From: Lingula anatina
Taxonomy: Eukaryota; Animalia; Brachiopoda
DNA: 64,000 bases
Reading direction: 5' to 3'
Assembly (NCBI GenBank): GCA_051362555.1
Contig: CM120644.1
Location: 21,474,534-21,538,533 of the forward strand
Part shown: one piece after another, positions 13,026 through 23,252 of the stretch
Layout of the letters: the number at the start of each line of letters is the position of its first letter
How positions within the stretch are numbered: position 1 is the stretch's first letter
Notes under the pieces: model-generated
Seen by the model: only the letters and a program-made list of their open reading frames with translations
Databases searched by the model: none
What the model was told of the DNA's origin: nothing
Made by a program: the position numbers and the translations under genes

Positions 13026-13995
13026 ACCCCCTGCACTCTCATTTAGGAGTAGGGGTGGATCATTTGCAAGGTGAGAGGATGACCTTGCATTCCTATTTCA
13101 TTAAGTGTTTCTTTATTGATTTACAAAAGAATATACTGCAATTGTCTTTGATTAAAATGATAACATAAATTGATGATAATTGACAAAGCCCTTTTTTGAA
13201 AGTAAAAATCAAAAGATCGATGATTTCTTTTTACAGGAAGATTTATCAGGGAGTGGTTTTTGGGAAGTCTTTAAGCCCTGGGGCACTTATAACTGTAAAT
13301 TTGACGCCTGATACATGTAGTGTATCTAAAGTATTAAGGATGATTGTAGAGATGGGACACTTACCCAGAGAACATGTCTTAACTGATTTGGCAGGGTTCG
13401 TTGACAGATACTGAAGCAACCAGAGGTAGGCTGTTCCAACTCTAATAAGCTGAAGCAACTCATGAAAAGGCATAGGGGGCAAAAAAAAGCCCAAATTCTA
13501 AAAAATTATCACTCACAAAAGAGCTTCTATTTAATTCTAGCCGTCCGTCTTCCATGCTTTCCCATGTCTTTGTTATGAAATGAACGTAATCTTTTCCGAG
13601 CAAATATTTTTGGTCAGTTTTTGTCAGTTTTTACTACGGATAACATTTACCAAGTAAGGTAAATCGCTTCAAAAGTGACCTTCATGATTGTAAGACTTTT
13701 ATCTTTATTTCCTGCAAATGAATTCTGGAAATGTCATTTCAGAAAGATATACATTTTGTCGAAGAGTGATGCCCTGGCGTTGAATGCAGCGTGGACCAGT
13801 GGGCGGAGGTATTAGCTTTTCTCATATATAAATATGTGGACAATTTGATTACATCTTCTTTAATTATATATATTTATCTGCATATATTTATCTCATTTAA
13901 CATAAAATCAACAACAGGCACACAATAGGAAATGAAAAAATGCCACAATATCAGTACAAAACTGAAAGATTTCACACAAAAACACAGAAATCTAA

Positions 13996-14277
13996 GAAAA
14001 CGACATTCGCCTCAGCTGTGAGCCCACACCTGTCATCCGTTCGATTCAGTTTTTACTCGACGAAATTCTCCGCCGTAACGGACGAGTACACATTTACTGG
14101 GGCTAGCTCTATCGCCGCGCATTCAACCCGAAAGGTTACCTGAAACAAGAAGCGGATCAGGACTCTTTCAACGGCCAGGTTGAAGTTATAAACGACGAAC
14201 TGCACAGACAGCTTTCAGCCAGGTCACGAGTCCACTTCTGGAAGCATGTGGGAATACAGACTGCGTGGAAAGAATGA
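13996..14277 (+). pseudogene. SGNH-hydrolase-like fragment of retroelement origin (Ngaro/DIRS-type extra ORF or LINE ORF1 esterase)
   Basis: Translation gives ENDIRLSCEPTPVIRSIQFLLDEILRRNGRVHIYWG*LYRRAFNPKGYLKQEADQDSFNGQVEVINDELHRQLSARSRVHFWKHVG, which has the block III xNDI and the FN..V..N..L...FWxH pattern. Confidence 0.55.
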
Positions 14278-14489
14278 GTTGCAATATATAGACCAATATC
14301 TTATATCACTCAATCATGTATTTCTAACATTAGAAACATCAGTGCTATTAGAAACTACCTGGATCTTCTGCAGCAACAATTATTCATGCCATGATTACCT
14401 CTTGTTTAGACTACTGCAACCCTTTACTCTATGGCTGTATTGACGAAGGAATAAAAAAATGCCATGAATTCAGAATATTTCAGCACATC

Positions 14490-14680
14490 TTTTAACCCGA
14501 ACAGCCAGGGAGACTCATATCACACCCATTTTAAGCAGTTACACTGGCTTCCTGTTAGAGCATGCATTTTATTCCAAATTTTAACTTTTATGCATGCAAT
14601 TTTTTACCCATCAGGATCCCTGTACCTACAAAACTAGTTCACCATTATGCTCCAAAATGTATTTTAAGATCACTTGACCA
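14490..14680 (+). mobile_element. L2/CR1-group LINE ORF2 C-terminal remnant
   Basis: HITPIL / KQLHWLPVRACILFQILTF, across a frameshift. Confidence 0.75.
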
Positions 14681-15229
14681 GTTGGTGACGATGCAGGGAA
14701 AAATGATGATGTCATAATTAGATTGATTCACGTAGAACATAACTTGTGAAATTTAAAAAACGTATCAGCTAAATTACCCATCAAACTTGTGAACATGAAT
14801 GTCCTGTGGGTCCAGTTACTACAAGAATTAATATAACAGTCATAGAGGTCCTACTGATATTGATTAATATATAGAGTTCTATATGTAAATCTACTAATAA
14901 CAAATTGTTTATTATCACATACTACAGGTATGGCTAAGAGAAACGCCAATGACAGTATTAGTAACAGTTACAATTTGAGATTTCCATTTGTTCATTAAAA
15001 CATATAAAACCCTGATATCATAAAGAATTTATCTATTGCACCTCTTCAAATATAAGAAAACAGTAACTTTACTGACCTGTCATCATGTTGAAGACAATAA
15101 AAACAATATATGCAGCAACTATCTAAGTTAAATGCTAGCAAATGGGAAAACAAGAACGTAACTTGCCCAATCACAATAACACTAATACACTACAGAAGAG
15201 AGGGCCCACTTGTCAGATCAAACAAATGC

Positions 15230-16240
15230 TCAAACATTTTGAATGGAGGTGTTGTTCATGAAAAAACATCACCCAATAACTGAGATAAAATCCTTTCAGT
15301 CTTGGGTGAAAAATAATAATCTATTATATATTAGGTGTGTGGAGGTTTCTCAATATGGATGAAAAAATGTATATATGGAGGCATAAGAACAAGGGCATTG
15401 CAAGGCATATTTATATATAGATTATATATTTTTTAATCAAACAATGTTAAATAGTGTGATATAGTGGACATGCCTAAATCTGATCATAGAGGAGCAATCC
15501 TAAATGTGTCATTTAACAAAAATAGCAAAGGTCCTGGTTTCTGAAGTTAAATAACGGTTTCTTGAAAAACAAAGACTGTGGATAGTGTCAATACAGAAAA
15601 GGTATCCAAAAAATAATGCACAGCTAGACACTAACAAAGTTTATGGGATTACCTTAACATGCAAGTGAACGACTTTTCCATACTTGACAAAAAACTGACT
15701 TCATATAAAAAGGAATAATGTAAAAGAGACACATATGAAATTAAATGAAGCTTGCAAGCTATACTAGCTGTACTGATCCTACAAATACAGAGTATAGAAA
15801 TGAGTTAAATAGATGCAAATTGAACTATGAATATCTTAAAACAGCAGATAGGATGCAATAATAAGATAAAGTCCAGTGGTATGAAAAAGGTAAAAGGAGT
15901 ACCATGTATTTTTTTTTTAATTTGGAGAATGCAAGAGCAAAAAACAAGTGTATAATTGCCCTTAAATCATCAGAAAACGGAGTTATAACAGAACAAACAA
16001 AAATTCAACAGGTGATAAATCAGTATTATAGTGAGCTATATTCTAAAAAGATTGTATTTAGATCTGCAAATCTTGAGGGTCTACTTAAAGGCCAACTTTC
16101 TTATTCTAATCATAAAGAAAAGGGCTGACAACTGATACCAAAAGCAGAATTACCTAGAAATGTGTTTTAAAAAACCTGGCATGGTCTATCACTTACAAAT
16201 ATTGATTATAAAATAGCTGCTAAGGTTATAGCTAACAGGA
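15230..16240 (+). mobile_element. L1/Tx1-clade LINE ORF2 remnant (endonuclease to start of RT)
   Basis: Translation gives IDYIF, DMPKSDHRGAIL..KGPGF*KLNN, WYEKGKRSTMYFF.NLE, IQQVINQYYSELYS and LSLTNIDYKIAAKVIANR. Confidence 0.8.
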
Positions 16241-16446
16241 ATATGAATATGCATATAAGTGATATTTGCAAACAAATGTCTTGAATACATCAACTACAGT
16301 GAACCCCTCATCAATTGGTACCAGGGGAAGTTTCTATGGAGTTAAAGCCATGCTGGAAGTCTTCTGGTGACATCTCCAGACACCTTTATGACCACAAGTG
16401 GCTGACTGGGCACAGTGGTTTTGTTACAGGACACACTTTATCTTAA

Positions 16447-16758
16447 AGGGATAACAACAGTCCTTATAAGATTCATATTTTACAATAAATTCACTGAAAC
16501 AACTCATAGAAATATAATTTAAAATTGCATTTTAAAACAGCGGCTATTGCAATTATTCTGGAATCTTTGCTTGCCATTAGACCACTTGGTCCTTCATAGA
16601 TGGCTATACCGCCTTCAAATACGTAAAATATTAAGAAAAAAAGACATGGACTAACTTTGAATGAAGAAATGGATTCATTAACCATAGGTAAGTATGGAAA
16701 GTTGTCGTTTACTCCAGGAAATTCCCATTTTTGACCAAAACGAACAGTTGTTATCCCT
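16447..16758. mobile_element. non-autonomous TIR element (Kolobok-like, TTAA target)
   Basis: TTAA|AGGGATAACAAC ... GTTGTTATCCCT|TTAT. Confidence 0.65.
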
Positions 16759-17445
16759 TTATAACTGAAGAAACCAGTTGTAAACAAAATTCCAAATCAT
16801 GGTGTACTAGCTGGCAAATGAAACACCTAATTTGGTGACTGGACTGTAACAGATTTAAAATGTACTTACTTTGTGGGGGCTACTGGTGACAGCTTAGACT
16901 TCAGAGAATGGCACTATTTCCATACTGAAAAAAAAATTATAACAATGTGAACTATGCCTAATCTGCTTCAATATTTGTGAAATTTCCAAAAATAAAGCCT
17001 TACAGCAGTAAAATCTGAGATCAGCACATCAGTTGACTGTAACTTAGGTTGAAGTTCATTTTTATGATAAATAATGTGAGGGATCGGAAGCTGGAAATAA
17101 CTGTTACTGATAAAAAAATTACTTAATTAAACCCAAAAGAAACACAAAAAGTAAAACTGGAGTTTTTATTCATGGAGAAACTTGAAGAAGACCATGCAAT
17201 TTCCTGTTACCATGGTTTTCTGTTTTTGACTCTTCACACTCCATTTATCCTAAAACTTTATCCTTTTGTACAGGACAGTGACAAAGGGATGCTCCTGCTG
17301 GTGTCTGTTCCTGTTCACTTTAAAGCCACGCAGCTGGATTCTGTTCATCTAGAAGCCACAATGTCATCATGTCATACACAAAGAAAACCTGGAAAGAGAA
17401 GCAATTTTTGAAGGAACTGACATTTTATACAAGACTGTTAGACAG

Positions 17446-17541
17446 CTGACAGGATGACACCTGGCACTGTGACACCTGACAGTCTGACACTTGGCAATGT
17501 GACATCTGATGGTAAAACACCTGGCACTGTGACACCTGACA
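17446..17541. repeat. degenerate 15/30-bp minisatellite
   Basis: ACACCTGGCACTGTGACACCTGACAG and its variants are repeated, about six 15-mers. Confidence 0.8.
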
Positions 17542-18123
17542 GTAGGATAGGTTCAGCTAGGCCAGTTGAGAAACTACCTTTTCAAATAAAAAATAATCTG
17601 AAATGAACTCTACAGTACAGACATTCCATCTTTGACCTCATATTTTTTAACAAAATTAAGAACAGTATAATCAACATATCACCACTACCCAGAGTTTTTT
17701 TGCTAATTAAGGGAAATGCATACCTATACCAATTCTACAGCAGAACTATCAAAATAAAGAACCTACTTCTCCTTCTAATTGTGACTAAGGGACCATTCCC
17801 AGACTTTATTGTACTAACTGTGGATCAATCTATCTCCACGGAATTCTAGCTAAATTGCAATCTAAGATGTATGGGATGCCTACTGAAGCTGCGAGGGGGT
17901 AATTAATTATCGTTTAGCAGCTTCAGTGGGGGTGCCAGACAAAAAAAAAAAAAAAAAACCTATAAACTCGTGCATAGTGTGACTCAACACCACACCTCAA
18001 AGTCAAGCCTTTGGGACTAAAACTAATGAAGACATTAAAGTAGTCACAAAATGCACTGCCAAAAACAATTTTTCTTTTCTCCACTCTAAGTTCTCTGAAT
18101 CTAATAATACAAATACAATTGCA

Positions 18124-19578
18124 CAGACTTGCCCTTCAAGAAATTGACGGAAAATTGCTCTTTTTCAAATTTGAATGGGCACTGTAGAAAACGTATGATA
18201 GCTAAGGCTCTCAAATTGTAAGTGCCAGATTCCTTGCTTTAGATATACAAGGTGTAAGTGCTAGATTCCTTGTTTTAGATATACAAGGTGTGAGTAGTTT
18301 TCATGACTTGCGAGAGTAGCGCCCCTGTATTGAATGTAACCGAGTCATAACGCTACAAGAATGGTCTCTCCTGCATTTTACCGTTATTTCCACCGCTGTA
18401 TGGTGTATTGTTACAGTTGTACGGAGAAATCATAATGCAAGTGTTTATCAAAATATATTTGCATAGCGTATTTATCAGTTGTCTGTGTAAATAATAAAGG
18501 TAAAAAATTGGTACATTAGCTAGAGAACCTGGTAGGGTGTGGCCACTAGTATGAAATACAGTAAATGTAAAAAACGAGAACGCATTGGTATAATTGTCAA
18601 CTGTATAGCCTTGCTGTAATTCAGTATTTAATGTTTTAATTAAAATTATATTAGGGTAATTGCACTATAAATTAAATTTCATATTATTTGTGCTCATTGA
18701 ATATATATAACAGATTCAAGTCTCGCTATATACAGCCAACTTACTGTAATGTTCAGTATATCTAGTATTATACAGTTACTGTATGTATTTGATGTATGTA
18801 ATTTAAATGTTCAGATGCACATGTATAAGTATTTATATAGTTTCCTTTATTTATTAATTTATTTTATTTATTTATTGTTTTCTTTCCTAGATTATGTACC
18901 TTGCTGACTTGCTGATATGCTGACTTGCTAATTTGCTGTACCGACATGACAGCTGTGAATGGCAAATTGTTAACTGAACTGAACATTGAAATAAAGCACG
19001 AGTTATATATATATATATTCTCCACCGTCTCAAAGATTTCACAAATTACACTGTATGACATAGGTGTAATATCATCTGAAGAATAAGTGTTGTAAATTTC
19101 AATCCAAGCGGTTGCGTATATTATGAGATGGAACGCTTTAAATGTGCAGCAAACCGTGATGTTAATCCCTTCAAGATCTCGACGAAAACCGGAAGTGCGT
19201 CATTACAACACTCACTTGTACTTGGAAAGCTGCTGGGTGATTTTCCGATAGGAAATATTTCGTAGTTTATATAAATGTTCAGAAAATGAACATGTAGATA
19301 AAAGAATCAAAATTCACTTATCAAAATTAAAACTGCATAATTAGACAGAAAAACACTGTACATTTCTGACCTCGACTAGTTAATGTAAACAAAGTGTACT
19401 GAACGCATCGCAAGCAAGCATGTGAATGCTGCGTTTGATTCTTTGTCTTAGATGCTTCTTTTTACTTCACAACACTGTGTTTACAAGGACATGACAGGAA
19501 AAACATTGCAAAAAAACACATACTTCCAGCTTGCGTCAATTTTTCTTGAAGGCGTCCATTTCTTGAAGGACAAGTCTA
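18124..19578. mobile_element. 1.45-kb non-autonomous TIR DNA transposon (YAG termini, Academ-like)
   Basis: The left end CAGACTTGCCCTTCAAGAAATTGACG matches the reverse complement of the right end, TAGACTTGTCCTTCAAGAAATGGACG. Flanks are TGCA/TGGA. There is an internal 36-bp duplication near 18217-18290. Confidence 0.7.
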
Positions 19579-19823
19579 TGGAAGTGTCTGTCGACTAATG
19601 TGGCCATCCTCAGATGTACGGTACATTGTTCCTAGTAAGGCGTGGCAAAGAATAGTTCAACACTGATAAACCAAAGAATTTCTATCTGTGTCCTATCAAG
19701 GATAAGCAATATATCTGTTTCTTACATAGCCTAAGATAATGATACATTACAATATAACCTAGGTTACCCATTATGTGGCTACTTCTTCATGAGTGCAAGT
19801 AGCATCAGAATTTTCCCATTACA

Positions 19824-20420
19824 CACAGTGTCAGGTAGACAGCATGAAGTCCATGTACCTGTCATCTCATCTAGCTGGACCTCTGACCCTCCAACAACTA
19901 ACTGGTCACACAGTGTCAGGTAGACAACATGAAGTCCAGGTACCTGTCATCTCATCTAGCTGGACCTCTGACCCTCCAACAACTAACTGTTCACACAGTG
20001 TCAGGTAGACAACATGAAGTCCAGGTACCTGTCATCTCATCTAGCTGGACCTCTGACCCTCCAAACAACTAACTGTTCACACAGTGTCAGGTAGACAACA
20101 TGAAGTCCAGGTACCTGTCATCTCATCTAGCTGGACCTCTGACCCTCCAACAACTAACTGTTCACACAGTGTCAGGTAGACAACATGAAGTCCAGGTACC
20201 TGTCATCTCATCTAGCTGGACCTCTGACCCTCCAACAACTAACTGTTCACACAGTGTCAGGTAGACAACATGAAGTCCAGGTACCTGTCATCTCATCTAG
20301 CTGGACCTCTGACCCTCCAAACAACTAACTGTTCACACAGTGTCAGGTAGACAACATGAAGTCCAGGTACCTGTCATCTCATCTAGCTGGACCTCTGACC
20401 CTCCAATAACTAACTGTTCA
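19824..20420. repeat. 85/86-bp tandem repeat, 7 copies
   Basis: Units start at 19824, 19909, 19994, 20080, 20165, 20250 and 20336, and are nearly identical. Confidence 0.97.
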
Positions 20421-20790
20421 CTTATGCAAATATAGACTGAATTAGAGGTGATCTTGACTATCTGCACTTATATGTAAATTTAGAATGCATCAGAGGTGAT
20501 CTAGCTAGCTAGCTGCACTAACACAGTAAAACACTTACTGTCCCAGAAGATCTGTTTTAACTTGTAGAAGTCGTATACTAGTGTAAAGAATGCGATTTTT
20601 CTATTAAACTTACATAAAAAATTAATTAAAAGATATAACGGTGTAATCTAATTTATCAAGACAGCACTATTGCCAGAAATCATGCACATAATGGCACAAA
20701 AATATGATATGTAATCACTACAGAAAAGGAACATCAAATTCAGCGCACCCACGTGGTAAGCCGTGACTGTAGACACACCCTGTAACTTAC

Positions 20791-20950
20791 GGCCGTAGCA
20801 ATTAATAGTCCTAAGGTTCAATAGTCCGAAGGTTCATTGGTCCGAATATTCACTATAGAACCTTCGGACCAATGAACCCTTGATTAAAAAATCGATGAAA
20901 ATGTTACCACTTTTCGGACCAATGAACCTTCGGACTATCGAGACGCTCCC
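20791..20950. mobile_element. MITE with inverted 16-bp subrepeats and an 8-bp TSD
   Basis: (AATAGTCCGAAGGTTC)n ... (GAACCTTCGGACCAAT)n, with TAACTTAC on both sides. Confidence 0.85.
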
Positions 20951-22041
20951 TAACTTACAAGGTTACATGCTGCTGTCACTGTTAGATCTAGGCCTAGGCT
21001 AAGTGTAGAGAAAACACAGTGATAGTGCGTAAACTTACGTTACACTACTGTCGTCTACACCCAAGTTTGCCGTTCCTTCTGGCCCCCACACCAGGCACGG
21101 CCGGTAGACTAACTGGGTGAGATGAGTGCACAAAACAAGCACGTTTTAAATCTCGTAAATTATCGGTCCTGACGCGAGGTTAGCCAAAGACGCCTCGGTG
21201 TCTCAACCGTGATTGTGTTTTTACCTTGCACCTGCCTTTCAGCGGACTTTCGCGCTTCTGCTTCGTCGGAGCTCATTTGCGCATATTTTTTTTTAAGAAC
21301 TGCATTGTTATTTATTAATTTTGCCTAGGCCTATTTGAAAATCCAAAGTAATTTTAAGAGCAAAAAAAAACTCCTTTATGCTCGAATAAACAGTCCGCAA
21401 AGAAACCAACCTGGGGGCCGCGTGTAGGCCTAACATGTGAAATAACACAGAATATTTGAAAAATTGAGAACGAATGAATATTCAAAAAAATTTAGAATAC
21501 AACAAGATATTAAAGAGACCTCCTGGTAAAGAGAAGCAATAAGGAACGGATTATTATATCTTTTGATTGATTTATTTAGGCCTATTTATGCGAAAGATGT
21601 GCCGCAGTGCCAATGTCAAAGGAATTATTGTTACATGTAACTGCCGGGATAAAGCTCTGAAACCCTAAAAATAAGAAACCGTTCAATTCAACATGACTTT
21701 GCGATCTCTGGCCTGCATGGATTCTGTCCCTGATATAGCCTATTTATAATCCTTTCTCCAATGTGGCTGAGGGCATAAGACCACTGGAAAGTGGAGGGGG
21801 GGGGGTCAAAAGCGTGTAATGAAGATAGTCATTATTGATACCGCCGGTACTTTACTTTCATGATCATGGATTTCTTACAATGCCAGTGGATTCCTCTAAA
21901 CCTCTGAGTGATGGAGGTACATGTAGCCATGACATCTCACAACTCAAAGCCAGAAATAAAATCCTTGTATTTGACGCGATGAAAGGCCACGTCAGTAAAA
22001 AATAGATAAATAAATAAATAAAATGAATGAATAAATAAATA

Positions 22042-22064
22042 GGGTTCGATTCCCGGCCGATGCA
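22042..22064 (+). pseudogene. tRNA-Gly 3' fragment (T-arm and acceptor half only)
   Basis: GGGTTCGATTCCCGGCCGATGCA is followed by the same 3' flank as the full copies. The 5' part is deleted. Confidence 0.85.
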
Positions 22065-22835
22065 ATAAGTTTTGACCTGGTTTGATTTTTTAATCTCTGG
22101 CAAAGAAACAGACAAGTGCCGATAACGAGGAAACATTCCACTTAACTAGCGGTAACATCTAGTTATTTTCTTGTCATTGTAATTGTAGTAATATGATCCA
22201 TATTATTTTTGCTCTCCCATATTTTAAAAGTATGTTGTTTACATTTTGCTTTTTACGTATATTTTCAAATATATGTTTTAATAAGTGAAAGTGGGGGGGG
22301 GGGGTTATGAAGATGGAAATTATTGATACCGGTACTTTACTTTCATGGATTTCTTACATTGTTAGTGAATTCCTTTAAACTTCTCAGTCATGGAGGTAGC
22401 CGTGACATCTCACAACTTGAAGGCAGAAATAAAACCGTTTGTATTAGACACCATGCAAGGTCACGTCAGAAAAAATAATTAAATTAATGGATAAATGAAT
22501 AAATAAATAAAAATAAAAACGCGCCAATTTTCTTGTGACTTATACAAGGAAAACGAAGCCGTGCCCGGTGCAGTATGTGATTTGTGGATGTCGGCCTACA
22601 AGTGCTTGCCAAGAAAGCACATGTTCTTGTAAATTATTGGCAATAAATGAATTATTCATTTAGAGGTAAATTATAATATCAATGTTTACATTAAACATCA
22701 AATCTTAATACAGGGACAGGTCGGGCAACTATTCGTTTAAATAACCTTTAAATAACACAAATTTAAAAATTAATAATTGCGCCAAAGGGACAGTGTTGGA
22801 AAAGTCGGCAATAGTTTCAAAAATTAAAATGGAAA

Positions 22836-22867
<32 letters not shown>

Positions 22868-23252
22868 AATGCCTCTTAGGACATCTTTCGACTCTTCTGA
22901 TTAAAGGGCATATGTAATTACAGTTTCGTGTTCAAAATTCACTTCAGACGCTTAAAACGAATACCTGTGTCTGATATCATTGTCATCACGCACATCTATG
23001 AATGGCCATGGCAGAGATAGGACTACCTGTGATCATGCAAATTACTGCATTCCACGGAAATAAATGTGTTTATTGATATTTGATATAAAAGAAACATTGG
23101 TTACTCAGTGTTAAACATTTTGTAATATGTTTGATGTGTTGCCCAACCGGACCCAGGCTTTGAGCTAAGTTTGACGCCAATACAGTAGTTTGAAGGAGAT
23201 CGGGGGGGGAGGGGGGGGGGGAGATGAGGGACAAGGCCTATTTGGCATGAAA

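Noticed and set aside
12525-13035. DIRS/Ngaro terminal repeat
   Set aside because: It is better explained as a TG...CA solo LTR with a perfect 5-bp TSD.
19824-20420. CRISPR array or coding repeat (ORF 19793..20008)
   Set aside because: The units are identical along their length with no spacers, and the period is not a multiple of three.
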